A stretch of 63,147 bases of DNA, the filler included, from Octopus bimaculoides (Eukaryota): NCBI RefSeq assembly GCF_001194135.2. It is 7 parts of 6 records of this genome, joined end to end, with 100 filler letters (N's around TTAATTAATTAA, not from the genome) between each part and the next. Parts side by side here need not be neighbours in the genome. Positions count along the whole stretch, not along the records: positions 1 to 16,162 come from NC_068999.1; positions 16,263 to 25,070 come from NC_069004.1; 5 more parts are not named here. One strand, 5' to 3'. The translations under genes were made by a program, and so were the position numbers. Under the pieces are notes generated by a model. The model was not told where the DNA came from, ran no database searches, and was given only the letters and a program-made list of their open reading frames with translations. This document shows, one piece after another, positions 13,396-23,789 of this stretch (position 1 is its first letter; each line of letters opens with the position of its first letter).

Positions 13396-13545
13396 TGAGT
13401 GATTTCGTGGAGGAGGGTCGTAAGTTGATCATGTCAATCTCAGCGCTTAAGTGATACTTATTTTATCGATCCAGAAAATGAAAAGCATAGTAGAGCTCGG
13501 CGGGATTTGAACTCAGAACATAAAGACGATGGAAATGCCGCTAAG
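13320..13545 (-). mobile_element. SINE family 1, diverged, with internal (TG)n
   Basis: GGCGGGATTTGAACTCAGAAC on plus strand; shared core. Confidence 0.7.
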
Positions 13546-14278
13546 CATACTTACAGAGAGGTATTTTACTGTTTTGAAATGGTAAAAACGTTTGAGCGTT
13601 TCTTGGTTTCATTACTCTCCTCTCAATCCAAACACAAGTCCAGTTATCGTTCGTTATATTGGCTGCTGTAAACCAAAGTTTGAAAACCTTATATGCACTT
13701 AGCGAAAGCTAATTTGACAACGCGCCTTCTAATGGCAAAGCGCTTGTACGAACAGTGTGTGGCCGGGAAAAGCTAAACACGAACAACAATTCAAAACAAA
13801 CAGGGTGGTTTTTCAATCTGTATTCAGAATCAGCCAACGGGAAAATTAACTGCATTGCCGAACCGACTTTCACGCACGCACGCACGCACGCACACACTGC
13901 TTCTCTCTCTCTCTCTCTCTCTCTNNNNNNNNNNNNNNNNNNNNNNNNNNNNNNNNNNNNNNNNNNNNNNNNNNNNNNNNNNNNNNNNNNNNNNNNNNNN
14001 NNNNNNNNNNNNNNNNNNNNNNNNNNNNNNNNNNNNNNNNNNNNNNNNNNNNNNNNNNNNNNNNNNNNNNNNNNNNNNNNNNNNNNNNNNNNNNNNNNNN
14101 NNNNNNNNNNNNNNNNNNNNNNNNNNNNNNNNNNNNNNNNNNNNNNNNNNAAGTTTGCTAAAACGCAAGCAAACCGATATTTGCCTCATGTCGTCACATG
14201 AATTTCACGGTCTGTCTGTCTGTTTCTCTTCTACTCTTTTTTCTCTGTATCTCACCTGAAGATACATGCATATATACA

Positions 14279-14321
<43 letters not shown>

Positions 14322-14369
14322 AATATATGTATATGTGTGTGTATATCCGTATAGTGTATCTCTCATTAC

Positions 14370-14401
<32 letters not shown>

Positions 14402-14619
14402 ATATCTATCTATCTATCTATCTATCTATCTACCTACCTATCAACTTGTCTGTCTATCTGTCTCTCTATTTATCTACACACAATATATAGAAATACACAC
14501 ATTTACGAACGGGAGAAAAAGCACCAAAATGCACATAGTAGAGAATATTTTTGCATTCGAATTTGAGGTTTCATTCCGTTGTTGCTCCAATCCAAGTTTC
14601 TCATTCGTTATGTTTGTTC

Positions 14620-15500
14620 GAGCGAAGAATAATGTAATTTCTTGTGAACCACTGTGCCAACGAAAATTTGGCTTATTACAACTTATATTACGTAAGAAAG
14701 TCTTGAAAAATATTTTGTTTTCGAAGCAAGAGTTCCGTGTGACTCTCTTTGGCGTGAAGCTTAACCAGAAGATAATGTTTATTTTAGACAACTACTTCGC
14801 AAATCCGAAAGTAGAACTGGTAAAAAATAGTTTTGGTATCTACTTCTCACACAATTGTACAGCGTTAACCCAGCTCTTGGAAAATGTTACATGGCATTCT
14901 TTACAAGCTAAATATCGTTCATTGTTTACGAGGCTCTTCACTAAATGTATTTAACTCTAGCAGGCCAGTAGAAGAGTTTCTGATGGAATTTAACGGGAGA
15001 GATATGGTTTATTACATTGTCAATGCTTGGAAGTCTGTAAAGGCATCAACATGAATATCATACATTTTGGGCCCGTTTGGATCACTAGCTCCATTCCTTA
15101 GCTCTACCAGTTTTGTTTCTGCAGCTTCTGGACTTGCAGAATATTAATTATGCTCTCTACGTTGAAGGGGACAGCTTACACTAACATGGTAGGTGTTTAG
15201 TTTTGGGGGAAACATCGACTTTCTTTATCCTTACTACTCTTCTGCATTGAGGGTGCATGAATATATGAATATAGGTGGCATTATGGCCACGTCTGTTCAT
15301 CATTATACTAACTCTTAAATTTGTGTAGATGGTTGTATGTCTTGAGAAAGAAGATAGTATAGAGGAAAGTAGTGATGTAAATGAGAAAGCTAGAACAGAA
15401 AGTTTCTCTGTTGATAGAATAATTCAGCTGACAGATGAACTACTAAAAGCTCTACATCAACATAGTTTTATAAGTGAACAAGAAATATTTCTTTCTAATT
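14620..15500 (+). mobile_element. Decayed pogo/Tigger-type DDE transposase fragment
   Basis: QKIMFILDNYFANPKVELVKNSFGIYFSHNCTALTQLLENVTWHSLQAKYR resembles the DDE_1 LDN..HP / PPNCT..QP.D..I...KA.YR segment; then EEFLMEFNGRDMVYYIVNAWKSV and a C-terminal acidic/helical piece (15329-15500); stops and frameshifts. Confidence 0.75.
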
Positions 15501-15504
15501 TTGG

Positions 15505-15705
15505 AACAAGGCCATCGATTTTGATAGGAAAGGGCAAGTCGATTATATCGAAGCGAGTACTTGTACTTGACTGGTAATTTATTTTATCGACCTCTGAAAA
15601 AATGAAAGGCAAAACTGACCTCGGTAAAATTTGAGCTCAAATCGTAAAGAGCCGGAAGAAATTTTTCTAAGCATTTTGTCCGACGTGATAACAATTCTCT
15701 CAGCT
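15505..15705 (-). mobile_element. SINE family 1, diverged
   Basis: CTGGTAATTTATTTTATCGACCTCTGAAAAAATGAAAGGCAAAACTGACCTCGG on plus strand. Confidence 0.75.
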
Positions 15706-15861
15706 CACCACCTGACTGGACGTTTACATACAAGATAAAATAATCAAAGAAAGATTCGAATATACGAAACAATTTTACTTTAAAGACGTTGAATAGTTGC
15801 GAAAATTCGTGCGACAGAGAAGTCAATATTTGAAAACCTCGCACCTTCAGTTTCAACTCAC

Positions 15862-16056
15862 CCATAAGCACTGCCACCGTTATCACCAGTTCCAGACGAA
15901 AATACTGAATCAGTTTGATGACCAATTCTAGATGTTTGAACCTCCTTCTTTTCAAGTTGAAGAGGGCGACCACGATAAACCGAATTCCTGATATCTGTTA
16001 ACTCTTCACCTTGAATGTGGCGGTGATGAACATTCTTACATAAGTCAACATAATTA
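15862..16056 (-). CDS. Candidate internal exon NYVDLCKNVHHRHIQGEELTDIRNSVYRGRPLQLEKKEVQTSRIGHQTDSVFSSGTGDNGGSAY
   Basis: 195 nt open frame (1+64 codons+2), consensus donor GG|GTGAGT, TTACAG acceptor with weak pyrimidine tract; hydrophilic, cytoplasmic-tail-like. Confidence 0.45.
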
Positions 16057-16162
16057 CTGTAACTATAGCTTTTATTTTACTTCTTTATTAAAATTTCATT
16101 GGCTTTTCATTTCATGTTTGTTTTCCCTTTATTAACCAACTTGTACTGACTTGTTTAGTTTA

Positions 16163-16262
16163 NNNNNNNNNNNNNNNNNNNNNNNNNNNNNNNNNNNNNN
16201 NNNNNNTTAATTAATTAANNNNNNNNNNNNNNNNNNNNNNNNNNNNNNNNNNNNNNNNNNNN
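16163..16262. other. Artificial contig linker N44-TTAATTAATTAA-N44
   Basis: Exact 100-nt pattern with stops in all six frames, repeated six times. Confidence 0.97.
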
Positions 16263-16290
<28 letters not shown>

Positions 16291-16293
<3 letters not shown>

Positions 16294-16406
16294 CAAAATA
16301 AGCAACAAGGATATCCAAAGTTAATGCAGTACGATCGTTTCATGCGACTTCATTTGAAACGATCGTAGTGCATTAACTTTGGATATCCTTGTTTGTTATT
16401 TTGATT
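16291..16406. repeat. Foldback: ~52-bp inverted arms, 12-nt spacer; each arm carries the 3' half of a hammerhead (GAAAC-GATC-GTA)
   Basis: AATCAAAATAAGCAACAAGGATATCCAAAGTTAATGCAGTACGATCGTTTCA versus its near-exact reverse complement. Confidence 0.85.
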
Positions 16407-17473
16407 TTAATCACCTTATTTTGGTGCCTAAACTTAAGTACCATATTCATCGTGAATCTATATATGTGTGTGTGTGTGTGTGCATACACACATACATACA
16501 CGCGTTTACATGTATATCGACATATAATATATAGCTGTGTGTGTTTATTTGTGATCACGATAAGACAATGAGGGAGAAGTAGAAGAATGAGGTGTTTATT
16601 AAACTGATTTGTGTGGAAATCAAAGAGAGTAACAGCGAGTGAATTAAAATGAGAAGGGGATTGAAGAAGATGTTATCAGATTGTTGCTTTAAATAGGATG
16701 AGCGATAAAAATAATTGTAATAAACAGATAAATGATGATGGACAACAAATAAAATTTATGAAACTCGTGGTTTTACTATGAATTTTGTGATAAAAGTACT
16801 TAGGAATCAAAGAGAATTACATGTACATCTTTCACTGCTTTGCAATAATATTGGAGATATTTGTAAATATAGTATCGTTATTTTAATTAGATTTTTATAG
16901 CAATCGTTAACTCATTCACTGGATCCGTGAAAAATTTGGTATAATTAAAAAGTTGTCATTTTTCACGGCAGAAGTGTTTAGGTTTTTTATATACCGTTGT
17001 GGCCCATCATTTTTATTATTTTTTTTTTTTTTGTTGGCAACAAGCATTGTCACATTTACGAATTTCTGGTCTCAGTCCTTTGCCTAATATTACAGAATAA
17101 TATTCTAATATTAAATATAACGCTGAAAGAGTTTAAGAAATTTATCCATGATTTTGTACATCTTTTTGGATGGATGACGATGATAGTGATGTTAGTAATG
17201 ATGTTATTGCAAGGAACGTGAAAGATTACNNNNNNNNNNNNNNNNNNNNNNNNNNNNNNNNNNNNNNNNNNNNNNNNNNNNNNNNNNNNNNNNNNNNNNN
17301 NNNNNNNNNNNNNNNNNNNNNNNNNNNNNNNNNNNNNNNNNNNNNNNNNNNNNNNNNNNNNNNNNNNNNNNNNNNNNNNNNNNNNNNNNNNNNNNNNNNN
17401 NNNNNNNNNNNNNNNNNNNNNNNNNNNNNNNNNNNNNNNNNNNNNNNNNNNNNNNNNNNNNNNNNNTACTCAC

Positions 17474-17580
17474 ATTGATGGCAAGACTGACATTATGAGT
17501 TCCTTGGATGTTTCGCAGCTGCGTTATTTGCCCAGTTCTTGAGTTTATCCAGAAATATTGTGTGTAACGTGGAGGCAGGA
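17474..17580 (-). CDS. Cadherin-related protein exon (V)LPPRYTQYFWINSRTGQITQLRNIQGTHNVSLAIN
   Basis: Acceptor TTTCACATTTTAG, donor GTGAGT, 107 nt; phase 1 start completes G+TC from the exon ending at 20970; F.I...TG.I cadherin motif. Confidence 0.88.
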
Positions 17581-17629
17581 CTAAAATGTGAAATGAAAGC
17601 GACAGATTAGAGAAAATTCAATCAACACA

Positions 17630-17955
17630 AGTGGTACTCCGTCGATTATGACGATGGGGGTTCCAGTTGATCCGGTCAAGAGAACAGCCGGCTCGTGAAA
17701 TTAACGTGAAAGTGGCTGAGCACTCCATAGACATGTATGCCCTTAACGCAGTTCTCAGGGAGATTCAGCGTGATACAGATTGTGACAAAGATGGCCCTTT
17801 GAATTACAGGTACAATTCATTTTCGCCAGCTGAGTGGACTAGATCAACGTGAAATAAAGCGTCTTGTTCAAAGACACAATGCATCGCCGCGAACTGAACT
17901 CTCGATCTTGCGATCGTGAGTCAAATACCCTAACCACTTAGCCACGCGCCTTCAC
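17630..17955 (-). mobile_element. SINE family 3 variant
   Basis: Shares GTTCCAGTTGATCCG...GCTCGTGAAATTAACGTG...GGCTGAGCACTCCA core with 36091-36479; tRNA-like head. Confidence 0.75.
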
Positions 17956-18041
17956 TACCATCATCAACACCAACACCATAATATCAGAAATTCTAAAATG
18001 TATAACACCAATAGTAACAAATAGATAATAAAGGCACAGGC

Positions 18042-18167
18042 GTAGCGGTGAGGCGGTGTGGTTATAATTTTGCTTCCCAACCACAATCTTGATAGCTCGG
18101 GAGAGGGTCTTCTACTATAACCTTACGCTGACCAAAGCGCCTTGTGAGTAGATTTCGTAGATGTGTA

Positions 18168-18208
<41 letters not shown>

Positions 18209-18400
18209 TTACCGCTAGGCAATCAGTGCTGGTGTGTTTACGTCCCCGTAACTTAGTTGTTCGGCAGAAAGCACCGATAGAATAATTAACAGGCTAAAAA
18301 AAAATTGAGTACTGGGGTCGATTTATTTGGCTAAAATGTTTCAAGACGGTGCTCCAGCATGGCAGCAGTCTAATAATTAAAATAAGTAAAGGATAAACAG
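18042..18400 (+). mobile_element. SINE family 2, diverged
   Basis: Head GGCGTAGCGGTG...; internal (TG)n; tail GGTGTGTTTACGTCCCCGTAACTTAG...GGTGCTCCAGCATGGC. Confidence 0.75.
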
Positions 18401-19664
18401 TAAAGATAAGCAAGCACACACGCACGCGCGCACACACACACACANNNNNNNNNNNNNNNNNNNNNNNNNNNNNNNNNNNNNNNNNNNNNNNNNNNNNNNN
18501 NNNNNNNNNNNNNNNNNNNNNNNNNNNNNNNNNNNNNNNNNNNNNNNNNNNNNNNNNNNNNNNNNNNNNNNNNNNNNNNNNNNNNNNNNNNNNNNNNNNN
18601 NNNNNNNNNNNNNNNNNNNNNNNNNNNNNNNNNNNNNNNNNNNNNNNNNNNNNNNNNNNNNNNNNNNNNNNNNNNNNNNNNNNNNNNNNNNNNNNNNNNN
18701 NNNNNNNNNNNNNNNNNNNNNNNNNNNNNNNNNNNNNNNNNNNNNNNNNNNNNNNNNNNNNNNNNNNNNNNNNNNNNNNNNNNNNNNNNNNNNNNNNNNN
18801 NNNNNNNNNNNNNNNNNNNNNNNNNNNNNNNNNNNNNNNNNNNNNNNNNNNNNNNNNNNNNNNNNNNNNNNNNNNNNNNNNNNNNNNNNNNNNNNNNNNN
18901 NNNNNNNNNNNNNNNNNNNNNNNNNNNNNNNNNNNNNNNNNNNNNNNNNNNNNNNNNNNNNNNNNNNNNNNNNNNNNNNNNNNNNNNNNNNNNNNNNNNN
19001 NNNNNNNNNNNNNNNNNNNNNNNNNNNNNNNNNNNNNNNNNNNNNNNNNNNNNNNNNNNNNNNNNNNNNNNNNNNNNNNNNNNNNNNNNNNNNNNNNNNN
19101 NNNNNNNNNNNNNNNNNNNNNNNNNNNNNNNNNNNNNNNNNNNNNNNNNNNNNNNNNNNNNNNNNNNNNNNNNNNNNNNNNNNNNNNNNNNNNNNNNNNN
19201 NNNNNNNNNNNNNNNNNNNNNNNNNNNNNNNNNNNNNNNNNNNNAAATATTTTACGCACCATTCTTCAAAATCTGTCTGTTACTATGGAGAGCAGATGAC
19301 AGCTCACCATAACAATAGTGATGATGATGACGGTGACAATGGTAGTGGAAATGGTGGTGGTGGTGGTGGTGGTGGTGGTGGTGGTATGATGGTGGTGGTG
19401 ATGTTAGTGATGGTTTTGATGAAGAACAACAACGACAACGATGATGATGATCATGATGATGGTGTTGGTGATGGTGCTGATGATGGTGACGGCGGCGCTG
19501 GTGGTGATGATGGTGGTGATGAAGGACAATGACGTCAAGGACAATAATGGTGATGATGGTGATGATGATGGTGATGAACACTACCATGTGAGCCATGAAT
19601 GTCTTTAAGTGGAATCCTTCCAGCAGCCTCAAAGACTCTGAAAAATACCTGCTGGTTGCCATTC

Positions 19665-19707
<43 letters not shown>

Positions 19708-19747
19708 CCTTGCTTCCTTCCCTAGTTCTTATAAACAAGAATGTTTA

Positions 19748-19965
19748 AGACGGCGTGCTGGCAGAATCATTAGCGCGACGAACAAAATGCTTAGCAGCAT
19801 TTCCTCCGTCTTTTCTTTCTGAATTTAAATTCCACCGAGGTTGACTTTGCCTTTCATCCTTTCGGAGTCGATAAAATGAATAGAAGCCGAGTTCTGGAGT
19901 CGATGCGATCGATTCGCCCCTCTCACGGAATTGGTGCCCTTGTGCCAAAATTTGAAACCAACATC
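19748..19965 (+). mobile_element. SINE family 1
   Basis: GACGGCGTGCTGGCAGAATCATTAGC...TTAAATTCCACCGAGGTTGACTTTGCCTTTCATCCTTTCGG. Confidence 0.8.
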
Positions 19966-20411
19966 TTCATTATTAGTTGCTNNNNNNNNNNNNNNNNNNN
20001 NNNNNNNNNNNNNNNNNNNNNNNNNNNNNNNNNNNNNNNNNNNNNNNNNNNNNNNNNNNNNNNNNNNNNNNNNNNNNNNNNNNNNNNNNNNNNNNNNNNN
20101 NNNNNNNNNNNNNNNNNNNNNNNNNNNNNNNNNNNNNNNNNNNNNNNNNNNNNNNNNNNNNNNNNNNNNNNNNNNNNNNNNNNNNNNNNNNNNNNNNNNN
20201 NNNNNNNNNNNNNNNNNNNNNNNNNNNNNNNNNNNNNNNNNNNNNNNNNNNNNNNNNNNNNNNNNNNNNNNNNNNNNNNNNNNNNNNNNNNNNNNNNNNN
20301 NNNNNNNNNNNNNNNNNNNNNNNNNNNNNNNNNNNNNNNNNNNNNNNNNNNNNNNNNNNNNNNNNNNNNNNNNNNNNNNNNNNNNNNNNNNNNNNNNNNN
20401 NNNNNNNNNNN

Positions 20412-20650
20412 TTGCACTATTGCAATCTCTTCAATAACTTCTCTCTCCACTTCCATTTATTTCCTGCACTCTTGCAATCTCTTCAGTAACTTGTCTCTCC
20501 ACTTCCATTTATTTTGAAATAAATAAATGGAAATAAATGGAAGTGGAGAGACAAGTTACTGAAGAGATTGCAAGAGTGCAATGAAATAATTTAACAAAAA
20601 AACTATATAAATTAATAAAGGACTGAAGCAGTGTGTGTGTTTATTACCGG
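20412..20650. repeat. Tandem plus inverted repeat (perfect 50-bp arms 20465-20514 / 20531-20580), Penelope pseudo-LTR-like
   Basis: Exact reverse complement read by eye; a further tandem copy at 20412-20463; downstream AATAAAG..CTGAAGCA..GTGTGTGTTTATT resembles the arm at 33600-33665. Confidence 0.85.
20555..20595 (+). ncRNA. Minimal type I hammerhead-like motif
   Basis: GTTA-CTGAAGA-G-ATTGCA(AGAG)TGCAAT-GAAA-T-A-AT-T-TAAC: 4-bp stem I, 6-bp stem II, 2-bp stem III, AUU triplet. Confidence 0.6.
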
Positions 20651-20969
20651 CATAATGCCTCTCCCAAGGTTTAATTGTATTTCTTTCAACACACATATCC
20701 ACATCAAGAATCTTGCACACGAAATACACATACGAAATATATTTGATGGTTTGTATTGAAAACGAATGAAATCACATCAGAGCATGTCCTGTAACATATA
20801 GCGGAAAATATCGAGAGAGGATGACCGCCATGTAAGGCCAATCGAGGAACCCTACACAGAACCACAAGGTCATGGTGAGAATATTATTGATAATGGATCA
20901 GTTCGATAATTGTCCCAGGGTTAAACAACAACAACGATATCAAATAAAGAGAAACTAACTCTGGCATAC

Positions 20970-21054
20970 CTTCGATAATGCTGTAAAGGATGTTATTTTT
21001 AACGATATCTTTGTCCTCGGCTTGAATTGAACCCGGATAAACGTGCAGAGTACC
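20970..21054 (-). CDS. Cadherin-related protein exon GTLHVYPGSIQAEDKDIVKNNILYSIIE
   Basis: Acceptor TTTTTCATTTATCCACAG, donor G|GTATGC, 85 nt (phase 0 to 1); A-x-D-x-D calcium motif (AEDKD) and I.YSI motif. Confidence 0.9.
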
Positions 21055-21224
21055 CTGTGGATAAATGAAAAAAGAAATTGTAAGTTCTCATCTATTATAC
21101 CATATTATTGGGAAATGTTGTAGAAATAAAAAGCAATGTGAAAAGTTGCCCTTCGGTGAGATTTGAATTCGGAACGATAAGCCATTTTCTTTCTGAATCG
21201 ACTATGCGTTGATTATCACTCTTT

Positions 21225-21423
21225 TCTCTTTCTCTTTTACTTGTTTCAGTCATTTGACTGCGGCCATGCTGGAGCTCCACCTTTAGTCGAGCAAATCGAA
21301 TCCAGGACTTATTCTTTGGAAGCCTAGTACTTATTCTATCGGTCTCTTTTCCCGAAGCGCTAAATTACGGGGACGTAAACACACCAGCATCGGTTGTCAA
21401 GCGATGCTGGGGTGACAAACGTT

Positions 21424-21455
<32 letters not shown>

Positions 21456-21627
21456 CATATATACGACGGGCTTCTTTCAGTTTCCGTCTACCAAATCCAC
21501 TCACAAGGCTTTGGTCGGTCCAAGGTTATAGTAGAAGACACTTGCCCAAGGTGCCACGCAGTGGGAATGAACCCGGAACCATGTGGTTGGTAAGCAATCT
21601 ACTTACTACACAGTCACTCCTGCGGCT
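21225..21627 (-). mobile_element. SINE family 2, near full length
   Basis: tRNA-like head GCCGCAGGAGTGACTGTGTAGTAAG...CCGGGTTCATTCCC, CCTTGGGCAAGTG core, internal (TG)n, tail ...GCAGTCAAATGACTGAAACAAGTAAAAGAG. Confidence 0.9.
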
Positions 21628-21659
21628 ATATACTATTATACTATTACACTATTATACTG

Positions 21660-21845
21660 ATTTTAAATTTTGGCACGAGGTCAGCAGTATTTTGTGGGGC
21701 GGGTGAATCGATTGCATTAACCCCAGTACTCGACTGGTACTTATTTGATTGATCTCGAAAGGACGAAAGGCTAAGTCGTCCTCGGCGGTATTTGAACTCA
21801 GAATATTTCACCTGGTGTGCTAACGATTCTGCTGCTCACCGCCTT
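21660..21845 (-). mobile_element. SINE family 1, diverged
   Basis: CTCGGCGGTATTTGAACTCAGAA; CCCCAGTACTCGACTGGTACTTATTT on plus strand. Confidence 0.75.
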
Positions 21846-21870
21846 ATTTACCACTGTTATATTGATATGT

Positions 21871-22257
21871 GTGGAGGCGCAATGGCCTAGTGGTTAGGGA
21901 AGCGGACTCGCGGTCGTAGGATCGCGGTTTCGATTCCTAGACCGGGCGTTGTGAGTGTTTATTGAGCGAAAACACCTAAAAAGCTCCACGAGGCTGCGGC
22001 AGGGGATGGTGGTGAACCCTGCTGTACTCTTTCTCTCATTCTTACTTCCTGTTTCTGTTGTGCCAGTAATTCGAAGGGCCAGCCTTGTCACACTCTGTGT
22101 CATGCTGAATATCCCCGAGAACTATGTTAAGGGTACACGTGTCTGTGGAGTGCTCTGCCACTTGCACGTTAATTTCACGAGCAGGCTGTTCCGTTGATCG
22201 GATCGACTGGAACCCACGTCGTCGTAAGCGACGGAGTGCCAACAACAACAACAACAA
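21871..22257 (+). mobile_element. SINE family 3, full length with (CAA)n tail
   Basis: A-box TGGCCTAGTGG, B-box GGTTTCGATTCC, long core, ends GGAGTGCC(AAC)n. Confidence 0.9.
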
Positions 22258-22285
22258 TGTGTGTGTGTGTATATATATTGATATA

Positions 22286-22720
22286 CAGGGTGTCCCCCTC
22301 AAAGCTGACATCATTTGAAATGTGAATATCTGGGTAACTACATATCCTAGGCAAACGAAATTAAACAGGCTTCATTTTGAACGATAAAAGATTTATCAGG
22401 GAAAGTACGAACAAGAGATTCAGAAGCCTGTAGATTTTATAAGCGATTTCACCGAGTTTCACAAATGTTCAATATGCGCACCACCTGTGACACGTTACAA
22501 GTCAAGTCAGTAGTCCAGCTCCTGCCAAGTAGGAGTAGTGTGTCTTGTGTAACATTCTCCAGCGCCTCAGTGATTGTTTTGCTTGAGTTCCTCTAGGACT
22601 TATAGAAAGAGGGCGGGAATACAGACCAGCCCTTTCACATAGCTCCATAGGAAAAAAATCACAAGGTGTCAAGTCAGGTGAACATAGAGGCCATTTCAAC
22701 AACACACAGTTATTATCACT
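22286..22720 (-). mobile_element. Tc1/mariner 3' remnant with one TIR
   Basis: WPLCSPDLTPCDFF (WP..SPDL.P.D motif) with frameshifts; terminus TA|CAGGGTGTCCC at 22284-22296. Confidence 0.85.
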
Positions 22721-23507
22721 GGCATGCCCGATCCAACTTAGATTTTACATATTTTTTTTTTTTTAATTTGAGATCATTTGAGAGAGAATTGGCTCTGTTA
22801 TTAGGCTACGAAATGACGTCAATTTTGGGTGGGAGGAGGACATCCTGTATTATGTTATCACTGCCTTGTTAACCAAGTAAAACGGCCACACGTCGGGTTT
22901 TCGAGCGTTTCTGTGTGTGCACATGCTTGTGTGTGTGTGTGTGTGTGTGTGCGTGATATACATACATACATACATACATGCATACATGCATACATACGTA
23001 CATACAAACATATATACAAAGCAAAAGAAAGTAACGTGGGTTCTCTAAATCCAATTTATTAGTGGCACAGTGGAGCTTTGTAAGACATCCCAAAGATTCT
23101 CCATCTGAGATTCTTATGTGAATAGATGCACACACATGGGTGTATGCATCGACAGTTCAGCCAACACACCAACTCAAATACATATTTACGAACAGCAGGA
23201 ATTCTCTTAACTCAAAATGTCTTGACACTTTGTTGGCAACCGGCTTGAACTCTCTCAAGAAGTACTTAAATAAAACTCAAAGAAAAATCATATAGACAAC
23301 AAGCGAATGGCTTATTCGTTCGATCTGCTAGAAATACCAGCCAAGTTTGGAAGAAGCTATACCATATCTATCTTAATAAAGAAGGGACACATTGGATAAT
23401 ATTGTCCTAGATAAATATACTGCATGAAGGTACGATGGGAATGGTCAAGGCTGGAACGTCTTTTTGTCTGCACCAACAAATACAAAACCAACGAGAGTTG
23501 TACTTAC

Positions 23508-23669
23508 TGTATTATTACTTTTTACGTAAGCAATGTAGGCCGGAGTGATGCAAAAGTTATTAGCCAATGGACATCTGGGGTAGACGAAAGCAGGTCCTTG
23601 ATCATCAGCATCCGTTATGCGGATGGCTAATGTCGTGAATGCCACCCGGCTACTCGGATAACCGTTATC
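23508..23669 (-). CDS. Cadherin-related protein exon DNGYPSSRVAFTTLAIRITDADDQGPAFVYPRCPLANNFCITPAYIAYVKSNNT
   Basis: Acceptor TTTGTTTCTTTCAG, donor GTAAGT, 162 nt phase 0/0; D.G.P and D-x-D-D-x-x-P cadherin linker motifs; C-x6-C loop. Confidence 0.92.
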
Positions 23670-23789
23670 CTGAAAGAAACAAAAGATAAAATTATATAAA
23701 CATACATACATACATACATACATACATACATACATACGTACGTTTATATGTACGTACAAAAATATAACAGTTAGAATTTTCCTCTTACA

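Noticed and set aside
21871-21945. tRNA-like sequences at SINE heads
   Set aside because: A and B boxes present but they run into SINE cores without a complete cloverleaf or acceptor stem.
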